Shown here in pieces: positions 31,922 to 41,781 of a DNA stretch of 64,000 nt (its first letter is position 1; the number at the start of each line of letters is the position of its first letter). The stretch covers positions 1-64,000 of the forward strand of contig CAVXTM010000018.1 in assembly GCA_963764725.1 (NCBI GenBank), read 5' to 3'. The notes below the pieces were generated by a model. The model did no database searches and was not told the DNA's origin. It saw nothing but the letters and a program-made list of their open reading frames with translations. This stretch comes from an uncultured Gammaproteobacteria bacterium. Its GTDB lineage: Bacteria > Pseudomonadota > Gammaproteobacteria > JACCXJ01. A program made the position numbers and the translations under genes.

Positions 31922-32127
31922 GAAGCGTTACGCTACCCAAGCAAAGTTTGAATTTTAAGGATGATCGTGGCGATGAGGCAAAACGGCATGGCGCCATCGG
32001 GCCCGAAAATCAATTTTACTTCGCGGGCGGGGTATGAACCCCGCCCTTGACCAAAGAGAGAGTTGCACTACTCCCCTTTGGAAACCCCATTGCTAAAGTG
32101 CCTGCCGTGAACGGCGGGGCATTCAGA

Positions 32128-33486
32128 ATGAGCACAGTCGAATTGCGCGCGGCGGCTTCGCTCAGTGCCATCTATTTCCTACGGATGTTGGGACTCTTCC
32201 TTATCGTACCGGTATTTTCCTTGTACGCGACCCGGCTCGCGGGCGCAACCCCGCTGCTCACCGGCCTCGCGCTAGGCGCCTACGGTCTAACTCAGACTCT
32301 TTTTCAGATCCCGTTCGGAAGCTTCTCCGACCGGCTCGGGCGCAAGCCTGTCATCGCGGCGGGGCTGGTGTTATTCGCGATCGGCAGCGCCACTGCCGCC
32401 CTCTCCGATCACATCCTCGGTGTCATCCTGGGCCGCGGACTGCAAGGCACCGGAGCCATCTCCGCCGCGGTGATGGCCTTGGCGGCCGATCTCACCCGCG
32501 AGGAACAACGCACCAAGGTCATGGCTTTCATCGGCATCACCATCGGCCTCGCGTTCGCCAGCGCCTTTGTCATGGGGCCCGTGCTCGATGCGCGGGTAGG
32601 TTTGCAGGGTTTATTTTGGATCTCGGCCGCCTTGGCGCTGGCTGCCCTCGCGGTCTTATTCCTCGCGGTGCCCGAGCCCGAGCGCAGCACGTTTCACCGC
32701 GAATGCGAGCCCCAGTTGAGCCAACTTCGCGCGATCCTAGCGCATCCCGAGCTACTGCGTCTCGACGTCGGCATCATGCTGTTGCACATGAGCTTGACGG
32801 CTAGCTTCGTCGCACTACCGATCGCCTTGCGCGACCATGCGAACCTCGCGAGCGCCGATCACTGGCGGGTGTATTTGCCCGCCCTCCTGATCTCGTTCCT
32901 CGTCATGGCGCCTTTTCTGCGCCTGGCCGATCGAGGCGCGCATGGCAAAGCCATCTTCCTCGGCGCCATCGCCCTCCTCGGATGCGCGGAGCTGGGGCTT
33001 TTCCTCACGCATAGCGCCTACCCGCCGCTGTTGCTGCTGGTGGCTCTGTTCTTCAGCGGTTTCAACTTCCTGGAGGCACACCTCCCCGCCTTGGTGTCGC
33101 GCGTGGCGCCCGCGGACCGGCGCGGCACGGCCTTCGGGATCTATGCTATGTCGCAGTTCCTCGGGATCTTTATCGGTGGAGCGCTGGGCGGCTGGCTGCT
33201 CGGGAAACTCGGAATCACCGGTGTATTCGCGTTCTGTACCATGATCACCGCGCTCTGGTTCCTGATCGCAAGCCGGACCACCCTGCCGCCGCACCTCAGC
33301 AATCACATGGTCAAGATCGGTCAACTTTCGAGCACCGACGCCGGAACGCTCGCAGGAAAGCTTGGCGGCCTGGCGGGCGTCGCCGAAGCGGTCGTGGTGA
33401 GCGAGGATGGGATCGCGTATCTAAAAATCGATCGCGATCGCTTAGACTGGGACGCGCTCCGGGCGCTTCTTCCCGCAAGGGAGTAA
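32128..33486 (+). CDS. MFS transporter (YajR-like, C-terminal YAM domain)
   Basis: LRMLGLF, SDRLGRKPVI, AADLTREEQRTK, GVAEAVV..EDGIAYLKID; divergent from uvrA. Confidence 0.9.
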   Translation: MSTVELRAAASLSAIYFLRMLGLFLIVPVFSLYATRLAGATPLLTGLALGAYGLTQTLFQIPFGSFSDRLGRKPVIAAGLVLFAIGSATAALSDHILGVILGRGLQGTGAISAAVMALAADLTREEQRTKVMAFIGITIGLAFASAFVMGPVLDARVGLQGLFWISAALALAALAVLFLAVPEPERSTFHRECEPQLSQLRAILAHPELLRLDVGIMLLHMSLTASFVALPIALRDHANLASADHWRVYLPALLISFLVMAPFLRLADRGAHGKAIFLGAIALLGCAELGLFLTHSAYPPLLLLVALFFSGFNFLEAHLPALVSRVAPADRRGTAFGIYAMSQFLGIFIGGALGGWLLGKLGITGVFAFCTMITALWFLIASRTTLPPHLSNHMVKIGQLSSTDAGTLAGKLGGLAGVAEAVVVSEDGIAYLKIDRDRLDWDALRALLPARE

Positions 33487-33602
33487 GCAGCGTAAGATTG
33501 ATCCCTAACCGCCGGCGACGAAATCACCCGGGATCACTAGCCGCGCGGCGGCGGCAACCTACGAACCGCACCACGGCCGAGCCGCGGAGGGAGGTACTGG
33601 AG

Positions 33603-34001
33603 ATGGATTCCACCGATGCGATTGCGGCCCTGATGAGTTGGGCCGTGACGTTGTCCCATTATCCCAGTCCCAGTCATCTACCCGTCATCGAATATGCCCC
33701 GCACCGGTTTTTCGTCGAGCACGCCTGTGGCGGAAAGAAATGCGGCGCCATCGGCTGGTATGACAACCAGGGCACGATTTACATTGATGAGCGTCTAAAA
33801 GCGCAAGATACCGTATCGACCCGCGGGCTGATCGTGCATGAGATGGTACACTATCTCCAAGACCTGAGCGGAAACTTCGATCCGACCGGCTGCCGGGATT
33901 CACGTTTCCGCGAACAAGAGGCCTATGCCATCCAGCGCGAGTTTATCGCCCGCGCCGCCGGCCAAGCCGCGTTTCTCACCATGACGTTCCGGGACTGTTG
34001 A
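33603..34001 (+). CDS. HExxH-motif protein (DUF6647-like)
   Basis: [13 protein letters not shown]...[24 protein letters not shown]; GGAGG RBS. Confidence 0.7.
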   Translation: MDSTDAIAALMSWAVTLSHYPSPSHLPVIEYAPHRFFVEHACGGKKCGAIGWYDNQGTIYIDERLKAQDTVSTRGLIVHEMVHYLQDLSGNFDPTGCRDSRFREQEAYAIQREFIARAAGQAAFLTMTFRDC

Positions 34002-34006
34002 GCTAC

Positions 34007-34059
34007 GGAAGCTCTACAAAAGTGTCGCGAGCAAGCCCAGATGCGCGAAGCCGCGGAGC
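34007..34059 (+). mobile_element. Truncated left end of a MITE related to 63244-63386
   Basis: GGAAGCTCTACAAAAGTGTCGCGAGCAAGCCCAGATGCGCGAAGCCGCGGAGCG aligns without gaps to the 5' end of the 63.2 kb element. Confidence 0.65.
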
Positions 34060-34062
34060 GCC

Positions 34063-34158
34063 CACCTCGGCCATGTCTTTACCGATGGCCCGGCGCCGAC
34101 GGGAATGCGTTATTGCATTAACTCCGCGGCCCTGCGGCTAGACAAGGACTCGGAGTAG
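34063..34158 (+). pseudogene. msrB: 3' fragment of methionine sulfoxide reductase B
   Basis: [24 protein letters not shown] is the MsrB signature; no 5' part is present. Confidence 0.88.
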
Positions 34159-34177
34159 ATCGAATCGCGCCGAGCAT

Positions 34178-34375
34178 TCAGTAGCCCGCGCGAGTATCGA
34201 TGCGGTCGGACATAGGCTGCCCGCGCGCGGCGGTGTTGAGCAAGGCGGTCAAATGGACGGCCGCGCGCTCTCGGTTTCTTCAGACCAGCCCGCCCGATGG
34301 GGGCTCATGACGACGTTATCCAGATCCTGGAACGGAAAGCTTGAGGGAGCAGCCGGGATACCGGAGCCGGCGCCC
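34178..34375 (-). pseudogene. C-terminal fragment of a D-2-hydroxyacid dehydrogenase
   Basis: [20 protein letters not shown], then after a frameshift [25 protein letters not shown]. Confidence 0.8.
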
Positions 34376-34459
34376 ACTCGATACATATAACTCGCCGATA
34401 GCCCATCCAAATGCAGCCCAAGCGATCCAACTAACATACAGTAGTATTTACAACCGTTC

Positions 34460-34479
34460 ATTATTGTGTACACTATAAT
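34460..34479. promoter_or_regulatory. 20-bp palindromic operator candidate containing TATAAT
   Basis: ATTATTGTGTACACTATAAT (18/20 self-complementary), 3 nt before the XRE gene start. Confidence 0.55.
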
Positions 34480-34482
34480 GCG

Positions 34483-35028
34483 GTGCAACAAGTAGCTCTT
34501 CGTATACGTCAGTTGCGGGAAGACAAGCGACTCTCGATCCGCGCCTTGGCAGAGCAGGCGGGTGTTTCAGCGAGCGCCCTCTCCCAGATCGAAAGCAGCC
34601 AGGTCTCACCGTCTGTCGCGACTTTGCAGAAGCTCTGCGGGGCATTGGAGCTGCCTATTGCGGCCCTTTTTTATGAGCCCGATGGCGGCAATAGCCCGGT
34701 CATCATGCGTGCCAACGCCCGTCGCCAGGTCTACAGCGCTGAATCACACACGATCATAGAGCCCCTGGCCCGGGGGACCACACGCAACAAGATGCAGCCC
34801 CTGCTTCTGACGCTGGAGCCCGGCGGGCAATGCGGTGAGCATCCTTACACGAGCGTGGAGGGTGAGGAGTTCGCGATCGTCCTCCGTGGACGCATCTTGT
34901 TTGAGCAGGAGAATGCCGTGCACGAGTTCGGTATCGGCGACGCGCTGTATTTTAATCCCCATCTACCGCATAACTGGCGCAACAAGAGCGAAAAGATCGC
35001 CAAGGTCCTGGTCGTGGTAGCCCGATGA
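34483..35028 (+). CDS. XRE-family HTH transcriptional regulator with cupin domain
   Basis: IRQLR...[20 protein letters not shown]...SPSV.TL; GEEF..VLRG...GDALYF...PHNWRN. The stop overlaps an ATG at 35025. Confidence 0.92.
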   Translation: MQQVALRIRQLREDKRLSIRALAEQAGVSASALSQIESSQVSPSVATLQKLCGALELPIAALFYEPDGGNSPVIMRANARRQVYSAESHTIIEPLARGTTRNKMQPLLLTLEPGGQCGEHPYTSVEGEEFAIVLRGRILFEQENAVHEFGIGDALYFNPHLPHNWRNKSEKIAKVLVVVAR

Positions 35029-35074
35029 CACCCGTGCTGTTCGTGTCCCCCGTTGAGCTTACGTCTGGCTCACG

Positions 35075-37048
35075 GTGGCCGTCTGGCTGGTTCTGGGAGT
35101 TGCGGCGATCGCCTTGCAGCAACGTCCCCAGCTCTTGCTGCGCATGATCTTTCCGCTCACCGCCGTGGGCGGGCTCTGTCTGATGGTTGCAGGGTGGTGG
35201 GGAATACACGCCCCCCCGAGCACGCTCGTCCTCCCGCTTGGATTGCCTGATCTCCCCTTCCATCTACGAGAGGACGCACTTTCCGGGTTCTTTCTATTGC
35301 TTCTAGGAAGCGTCGCCTTTGCCGCCTCCATCTACTCGGCAGGTTATTTCCGCAACGGCCTAGGCGCGCATGCCCTAGCGCTCCTGACCCTGCAATACAA
35401 CGCCTTCCTCGCGGGCATGGCCCTGGTGCTCCTTGCCGATGACGCCTATTCGTTTCTGGTGGCCTGGGAGGTGATGGCGGTTTCCTCGTATTTCCTCGTG
35501 ACCACCGAACACCACGAGGAACAGAACCGCCGGGCCGGATTTATCTATCTGCTCATGGCCCATGTGGGTGCCGTGTCCATCCTGCTGAGCTTCGGGGTCC
35601 TGCATGGAGGTGCGGGACAAGGGGGCTATGCCTTCGCCGCCATGCGACAGGCGCCGTTGAGCGATTTCTGGGCCTCGGTCGCCTTCTATCTCGCCTTCAT
35701 CGGGTTTGGCGCCAAGGCGGGAATGCTGCCCCTGCATGTCTGGCTGCCGGACGCCCATCCTGCCGCGCCGACGCCGGTCTCGGCGCTCATGAGCGGGGTC
35801 ATGTTAAAGACCGCGATCTACGGGATGGTGCGCGTGACCTACGATCTCATCGGCCACATCCAGTGGCCATGGGGGCTGGCCGTGTTGCTCGTGGGCACCG
35901 CCACCTCGCTTTTCGGTGTGCTCTATGCGCTCATGCAGCATGACTTGAAGCGACTGCTCGCCTATCATTCGGTCGAGAACATCGGGATTATCTTGATCGG
36001 CCTTGGGCTGTCCCTGATCTTTTTTGGGACGGGACACGTGTTGCCGGGAGTGCTCGGACTCGTGGCCGCCCTCTACCACACGCTTAATCACGCGGTGTTC
36101 AAGGGACTCTTGTTTCTGGGCGCCGGCGCGGTCCTGCACGCCACCCATGAACGGGACCTCAACGCGATGGGCGGGCTCATCCATCGGATGCCTCATACGG
36201 CCGTGTATTTCCTCGTCGGGGCGCTCGCGATCTCGGCCTTACCGCCTTTAAACGGCTTTATCTCCGAATGGCTCACTTTCCAGACGGCCTTGCAGGCGTT
36301 CACTCTCGAACGCAGCGGGTTGCGGAGCCTCATCCCGCTCGCCGCAGCGGTGCTGGCGCTCTCCGGGGCACTCACGGCCATGTGTTTCGTAAAGGTCTAC
36401 GGGATCACCTTCCTGGGCAGGGCACGGCGGATCAAACCCGAGGACGTCCGGGAGGCGGGCTTTGCGGAGCGCGCCGGCATGGCTTGGTTGGCCGCAGGCT
36501 GTTTCTTGCTGGGCCTGTTTCCGCTCTGGTTAATACGGCCCTTGAGCACCGTGAGCGAATCCTTGACCGGTCACGGATTGAATCAGGAGACCTTGACCGC
36601 CGGCTGGCTCTGGCTCATCCCCGTGAGCCGAGCGCAGGCGAGCTATAGTCCCGCGATCTTCTTTGGGGTCGTGGTGGCGCTCGTAGCGCTGACCTTTTTC
36701 GCGGTGCGCTACGTCTATCACGGCCGGTTGCGCCGCAGCGACCCCTGGGATTGCGGTTTTCCGGCCCAGACGGCCCGGATGCAGGATACGGCCGATGCCT
36801 TCGGCCAGCCGATCCGGCATGTCTTCGCCCCCATATTCCTCATGCGCAGGCGCCTGCCCGCCCCGGACGATCCGGCGCCGAGCTTCGAGCTCCATATCGA
36901 AGATCGCCACTGGCATTGGCTATACCTGCCGCTCGCCCGTTTTGTCGAGGCGGTGTCCGCGCGGATTGGCAGGATCCAGCACGGGCGCATCTCCATCTAC
37001 CTCCTATACAGCTTCGTGACCCTCATCGTCCTTCTCGCCCTGGTGTGA
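35075..37048 (+). CDS. hyfB: HyfB-like (Ehr) antiporter-like membrane subunit
   Basis: FLVAWEVM, GAKAGMLPLHVWLPDAHPAAP.PVSALMSG, LKRLLAYHSVENIG. The true start is probably ATG 35025 with a 1-nt indel near 35058. Confidence 0.88.
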   Translation: MAVWLVLGVAAIALQQRPQLLLRMIFPLTAVGGLCLMVAGWWGIHAPPSTLVLPLGLPDLPFHLREDALSGFFLLLLGSVAFAASIYSAGYFRNGLGAHALALLTLQYNAFLAGMALVLLADDAYSFLVAWEVMAVSSYFLVTTEHHEEQNRRAGFIYLLMAHVGAVSILLSFGVLHGGAGQGGYAFAAMRQAPLSDFWASVAFYLAFIGFGAKAGMLPLHVWLPDAHPAAPTPVSALMSGVMLKTAIYGMVRVTYDLIGHIQWPWGLAVLLVGTATSLFGVLYALMQHDLKRLLAYHSVENIGIILIGLGLSLIFFGTGHVLPGVLGLVAALYHTLNHAVFKGLLFLGAGAVLHATHERDLNAMGGLIHRMPHTAVYFLVGALAISALPPLNGFISEWLTFQTALQAFTLERSGLRSLIPLAAAVLALSGALTAMCFVKVYGITFLGRARRIKPEDVREAGFAERAGMAWLAAGCFLLGLFPLWLIRPLSTVSESLTGHGLNQETLTAGWLWLIPVSRAQASYSPAIFFGVVVALVALTFFAVRYVYHGRLRRSDPWDCGFPAQTARMQDTADAFGQPIRHVFAPIFLMRRRLPAPDDPAPSFELHIEDRHWHWLYLPLARFVEAVSARIGRIQHGRISIYLLYSFVTLIVLLALV

Positions 37049-37053
37049 GCTTA

Positions 37054-37998
37054 ATGCTAGCGAGCGCTCTCTCACAACTCCTGCAATCGCTCCTCGTGGT
37101 CCTGCTTGCCCCCTTGTTCCTGGGCTGGGTTAATAACCTGCGCGCCTGGCTACAGAATCGCCGCGCGGCCGGGATCCTGCAACCGTATCGGGACCTGGGC
37201 AAGCTTTTTACCAAGGAAGCGGTGGTGGCGCACAATGCCTCGTTTCTCTTCCGCGGTACGCCTTACATCCTCTTTGGCGCCATGTGGCTCGCGGGCGGGA
37301 TCGTGCCGGTGCTGGCCACGGACCTGCCCTTTGCCCCGGCCGCGGACGCCATCGCGCTCGTTGGCCTCTTCGCCCTGGCCCGAGTGTTCATGGCGCTCGC
37401 CGCCATGGACATCGGCACGGCGTTCGGGGGCCTGGGCGCGCGCCGGGAGATGCTGATCGCGTTCCTGGCGGAGCCCGCCATGCTCATCTCGCTCTTTACC
37501 GCCTCGCTCATCAGCCACTCCACCGCGCTCAACACGATCGTCGAAAGCATCGCCTTCCGCGAGCTCGATCTCTATCCCAGCATGGCCTTCGCCGCGATCG
37601 CCTACCTCTTGCTGCTGCTCGCGGAAAACGCCCGCATCCCGGTGGACAACCCCGCCACGCACCTCGAGCTCACCATGATCCACGAGGCCATGTTGCTCGA
37701 GTATTCCGGCCGCCACTTAGCGCTCATGGAATGGGCCAGCGCCAGCAAGCTCCTGGTCTACACCACCATCGGCATCACCCTGTTCCTGCCCTGGGGGATC
37801 GCCAAGGCCGGCCACTGGTCGGACCTCCCGCTGGCATGCTTCGCGCTCCTTGCGAAGCTCCTCGCCGCCGGGCTGGGACTCGCGCTCCTCGAGACCGTGC
37901 TCGCGAAACTAAGGTTGCTACGCGCCCCGGAGTTCCTGACCACGGCCTTTCTACTCGCGGCGGTCGGTTTGCTGGTCCATTTCATGGTCGAGGTATGA
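37054..37998 (+). CDS. hyfC: HyfC/HycD (NuoH-like) membrane subunit
   Basis: LQPYRDL.KLF.KE, GARREM, AENARIPVDNPATHLELTMIHEAM.LEYSG. Confidence 0.9.
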   Translation: MLASALSQLLQSLLVVLLAPLFLGWVNNLRAWLQNRRAAGILQPYRDLGKLFTKEAVVAHNASFLFRGTPYILFGAMWLAGGIVPVLATDLPFAPAADAIALVGLFALARVFMALAAMDIGTAFGGLGARREMLIAFLAEPAMLISLFTASLISHSTALNTIVESIAFRELDLYPSMAFAAIAYLLLLLAENARIPVDNPATHLELTMIHEAMLLEYSGRHLALMEWASASKLLVYTTIGITLFLPWGIAKAGHWSDLPLACFALLAKLLAAGLGLALLETVLAKLRLLRAPEFLTTAFLLAAVGLLVHFMVEV

Positions 37999-38678
37999 TG
38001 CCTACGATACCGTATGCCGAACTGCCCCTGGATGCACAACTGGTCCATGTGCTAGCGGCCTTTCTGCTCATCGTCGCCTTCGCCATGTTGGCGCAGCGGC
38101 GTATTTTGGCCCTGATCCACCTGTTCGCGTGGCAGGGTCTGGTGCTCACCTTGAGTACCGCCACCGTCGCGGCGGTCTCCGGACAAGATCATCTCTACTA
38201 TTCCGCCATCCTTACCGTGTTGCTCAAGGTCTGGATCCTCCCTCATATCCTACACCGGTTGGTCGTGCGCCTGCATATGCTTCGGGAGCTCGAGGCGCTC
38301 ATCAATATCCCGGCCACGATGCTGCTCGGACTGGTGCTCGTGATCTTCGCCTTCGGTCTCGCGACCCCCATTTCCGCGCTGGCGAGCACGGTCACGAAGA
38401 GTTTAATTGGGATCGCGCTCGCCTCGGTGCTGCTATCCTTTCTCATGATGATCACGCGCCGCCAGGCAGTCACCCAGGTCATCGGTTTTCTCGCCATGGA
38501 GAATGGGCTCTTCTTCGCCGCCACCAGCATCACCTACGGCATGCCCATGGTGGTCGAGCTTGGAATTGCCCTGGACGTACTGATCGGTGCGGCCATCATG
38601 GGCATTTTCTTCTTCCATATTCGTGAGGCCTTCGACAGCCTGGACCTCACGCACCTCGAACAACTGCGGGAGCGGTAA
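37995..38678 (+). CDS. hyfE: HyfE-like membrane subunit
   Basis: QVIGFLAMENGL, GMPMVVELGIALDVL; ATGA overlap with hyfC. Confidence 0.88.
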   Translation: MMPTIPYAELPLDAQLVHVLAAFLLIVAFAMLAQRRILALIHLFAWQGLVLTLSTATVAAVSGQDHLYYSAILTVLLKVWILPHILHRLVVRLHMLRELEALINIPATMLLGLVLVIFAFGLATPISALASTVTKSLIGIALASVLLSFLMMITRRQAVTQVIGFLAMENGLFFAATSITYGMPMVVELGIALDVLIGAAIMGIFFFHIREAFDSLDLTHLEQLRER

Positions 38679-38679
38679 C

Positions 38680-40128
38680 ATGTTCTTGTACCTGGTACTG
38701 GGGATCCCGCTCGCCGGCATGGTGCTGTTGGCCTTTCTGGGGCATAGGCAAGTCGGTGCCGCGCTTAACATCGGCGTGAGCGCGCTCACCCTGCTCGCCG
38801 CCGGCGCCCTCACCCTGCAGGTCATGCGCACGGGTCCGATGACGCTATTGAACGAGCAGTTCTTCGTGGATGCATTCAACGTGTTCCTGGTGGTTTTGAC
38901 GGCCTTCGTGTCTCTGACTACTGCGCTCTTCTCGCGACCCTACATGCGGGTGGAGGAACACCACGGCCGGCTGACCGCACGTAGGCTGCGGCTCTATCAC
39001 AGCATGTATCAGTTGTTTATGTTCACCATGTTGCTCGCGCTTTTGACCAACAACGTGGGGGTTCTGTGGGTGGCGATGGAAGGCGCGACCCTCGCCACGG
39101 TGCTGCTGGTCAGTCTCTACCGGACGCCGGCTAGTATCGAAGCGGCCTGGAAGTATTTCATCCTGTGCGGTGTCGGTATCGCGCAGGCCTTGTTCGGCAC
39201 CATCCTGCTCTACTTGGCGGCGGAGAAGGTGTTGGGCAGGGGCGGCACCGCCCTCTTGTGGACGCATTTGAACGAAATGCGCACGAGCCTGGAACCTCGG
39301 GTGCTGAGCCTTGCGTTCATCTTCATGTTGATCGGTTATGGGACCAAGGTAGGGCTCGCGCCCGTACATAATTGGTTACCGGATGCCCACTCGGAAGGGC
39401 CGACACCGGTGTCTGCCGTGCTCTCGGGGCTGCTCTTGAACGTGGCCCTCTATGCCTTGGTGCGTGCTAAGGTCTTGGTGGACGGAGCCCTGGGTACCGC
39501 CTTCGGCAGCCGGCTGCTTATAGGGTTTGGCCTAGTCTCGGTGGTGATCGCGGTGTTTTCCCTGGCACGCCAGAACGACATCAAACGGATGTTCGCCTAT
39601 TCGTCCATCGAGCACATGGGACTCACCACCTTCGCCTTTGGCTTGGGAGGCCCCATCGGTACCTTCGCGGCGCTGCTCCACATGACCGTGCATAGCTTGA
39701 CGAAGTCCGCAATTTTCTTCGCTGCCGGGCATGCTTCCCAGATTGCCGGGAGCCAACAGATAGCCCGCATTCGCGGGCTTATCCAGCAGTGCCCTAGGGT
39801 GGGCTGGGGGCTATCGCTCGGTACGCTAGGCATCCTCGGCTTGCCGCCTTTCGGTGTTTTCACCAGCGAGTTTTTGATCATAACGACTACGATGCATGAC
39901 CAGCCCTGGGCCACGCCGATTCTGCTCATATCGCTCGGGGTCGCATTCGCTGCCATCTTCGGCAAGGTGCAGCCCATGGTGTTCGGCGCCACGGACGCAC
40001 CTACCTTACCACACCCGCCGGCTCTGTTGCCGGTCTTCACACACATGGCCCTGGTGCTGCTGCTTGGCCTCTATATCCCCCGCTTTCTTACCGAGTGGTA
40101 TCACCAGGCCGCGCGCTTTATAGGGTAA
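38680..40128 (+). CDS. hyfF: HyfF-like antiporter-like membrane subunit
   Basis: WVAMEGATL, EAAWKYFILCGVGIA, GYGTKVGLAP.HNWLPDAHSEGPTPVSA, KRMFAYSSIEHMG. Confidence 0.9.
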   Translation: MFLYLVLGIPLAGMVLLAFLGHRQVGAALNIGVSALTLLAAGALTLQVMRTGPMTLLNEQFFVDAFNVFLVVLTAFVSLTTALFSRPYMRVEEHHGRLTARRLRLYHSMYQLFMFTMLLALLTNNVGVLWVAMEGATLATVLLVSLYRTPASIEAAWKYFILCGVGIAQALFGTILLYLAAEKVLGRGGTALLWTHLNEMRTSLEPRVLSLAFIFMLIGYGTKVGLAPVHNWLPDAHSEGPTPVSAVLSGLLLNVALYALVRAKVLVDGALGTAFGSRLLIGFGLVSVVIAVFSLARQNDIKRMFAYSSIEHMGLTTFAFGLGGPIGTFAALLHMTVHSLTKSAIFFAAGHASQIAGSQQIARIRGLIQQCPRVGWGLSLGTLGILGLPPFGVFTSEFLIITTTMHDQPWATPILLISLGVAFAAIFGKVQPMVFGATDAPTLPHPPALLPVFTHMALVLLLGLYIPRFLTEWYHQAARFIG

Positions 40129-40134
40129 TAAGTC

Positions 40135-41763
40135 ATGCGACTCGACCAGCTCGAAAAGCTGCCCAGGATTCGACGGATCGGTTTGGACCAAATCTTACTT
40201 GCATGGCACGCGGTGGTGGACGAGGAGAACTTCCGGACGTTGGCGGCAAACGTAAAGGCCAAGGGGGGCCGCTTGGTCGCCTTGTGGGGCTCAGATAACC
40301 TCCCGCTATGCCAAGTAGCGGGTATGGAGCGTGGGCAGCCGTCAGTTCGGTTCAGCGTCCATGCGGCGTTTTATGTTCAGGTGCACGCGAAATTTATCGT
40401 GAAGCCGGGTTTGCTGTGGGTGAGCCTGGATGTGCCGGACGATTTGACCTCGTCTCAGACCTTCCCGAGTCTCTCCGGCCTTTTTCCGGCCGCCGCGCGC
40501 ATGGAGCGGGCGATCCATGACCTCTTAGGCGTGGCCGCCGTGGGGGGGCTTGCGGACGGTAGACCCTGGCTCCGTCATGGCGCCTGGCCCGCGGGTCAAT
40601 TCCCCCTGCGGAAAGATTTTCCCGCTCCCAAAAGCTTTGCAGACACGCCTGATGACTACGCGTTTGTACACGTTCAAGGCGAAGCGGTGCACGAGATCCC
40701 GGTGGGGCCGGTGCATGCGGGTGTCATCGAGCCGGGTCATTTTCGCTTTCAAGTCGTGGGGGAGAAGATCCTGCGGCTGGAAGAGCGCCTGGGCTACAAG
40801 CACAAGGGTATCGAGAAGCGCTTCGAAACCATGGATTTCATGACCGGTGCCCGTCTTGCGGGACGCATCAGCGGTGATAGCACGGTGGCCCATACCTTTG
40901 CCTATGCTCTGGCCATCGAGAATTTGACGGGGAGCCACGTACCCCCGCGGGCCGCGTGGCTGCGCGCGCTTTGTCTCGAGCGGGAGCGCATCGCCAACCA
41001 CTTGGGTGATCTCGGGGCGCTTGGCAACGACGCGGGACTCGCCTTCGCTCTCGCCCAATTCAGCCGGCTCAAGGAAGGAATGCTGCGCATCAATCACAAG
41101 CTCGCAGGGCATCGCTACCTTATGGATGTGGTTACGCCGGGGGGTCTCGCTAGGGACTTCGACGACGATGGGGTCCATCTGATCGAGAAGGAGTCCCAGT
41201 CGCTCCTCGGCGAGATCGATCGGTTGCAGGAGATCTACGAAGAGCACGCAGGCCTCCAAGACCGGATGGCAGATACGGGCCAGATCAGGCCCGAACTTGC
41301 CTCACGATTGGGCTTGATCGGCGTGGCCGGCCGCGCCAGTGGGCAGCACTGCGACCTGCGCGTCCAGTACCCCCTGGCGCCTTACGAACGGCTCAAGGTG
41401 AAAATGTGCACGCATCAAGACGGTGACGTGGACGCGCGGGTGGCAGTGCGTTTCGGCGAGTTGCGAGAATCCTTGCGTCTCCAGAAAGAGATCCTCGCGC
41501 AATTGCCCGAGGGCGCCGTACAGGCGCCGCTCAATGCGGCCGTACCCTATGCCTGCGGCATCGGCTGGGTGGAAGGCTGGCGCGGCGAGGTGTTCACCTG
41601 GGTGCGTGCGGATGACGACAATCGCATCGACCGCTGCCATCCCCAGGACCCCTCCTGGGTGCTCTGGCCGGCATTGGAATACGCAGTCCTGGGGAACATC
41701 GTCCCAGATTTTCCCCTGATCAATAAATCCTTCAATCTAAGCTATAGCGGACACGATCTGTAG
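40135..41763 (+). CDS. Ehr large subunit (HyfG/NuoCD-like) lacking the NiFe-binding cysteines
   Basis: VGPVHAGVIEPGHFRF, GYKHKGIEK. RISGDSTVAH and DFPLINKSFNLSYSGHDL replace the L1/L2 CxxC motifs. Confidence 0.9.
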   Translation: MRLDQLEKLPRIRRIGLDQILLAWHAVVDEENFRTLAANVKAKGGRLVALWGSDNLPLCQVAGMERGQPSVRFSVHAAFYVQVHAKFIVKPGLLWVSLDVPDDLTSSQTFPSLSGLFPAAARMERAIHDLLGVAAVGGLADGRPWLRHGAWPAGQFPLRKDFPAPKSFADTPDDYAFVHVQGEAVHEIPVGPVHAGVIEPGHFRFQVVGEKILRLEERLGYKHKGIEKRFETMDFMTGARLAGRISGDSTVAHTFAYALAIENLTGSHVPPRAAWLRALCLERERIANHLGDLGALGNDAGLAFALAQFSRLKEGMLRINHKLAGHRYLMDVVTPGGLARDFDDDGVHLIEKESQSLLGEIDRLQEIYEEHAGLQDRMADTGQIRPELASRLGLIGVAGRASGQHCDLRVQYPLAPYERLKVKMCTHQDGDVDARVAVRFGELRESLRLQKEILAQLPEGAVQAPLNAAVPYACGIGWVEGWRGEVFTWVRADDDNRIDRCHPQDPSWVLWPALEYAVLGNIVPDFPLINKSFNLSYSGHDL

Positions 41764-41781
41764 ACCCCAGCACCGGAAACG

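Noticed and set aside
31921-32128. LexA box upstream of uvrA
   Set aside because: No CTGT-N8-ACAG found.
36751-37994. Long N-terminal extensions of the hyfC and hyfE ORFs
   Set aside because: They overlap upstream genes in other frames; coupled ATG starts exist at 37054 and 37995.
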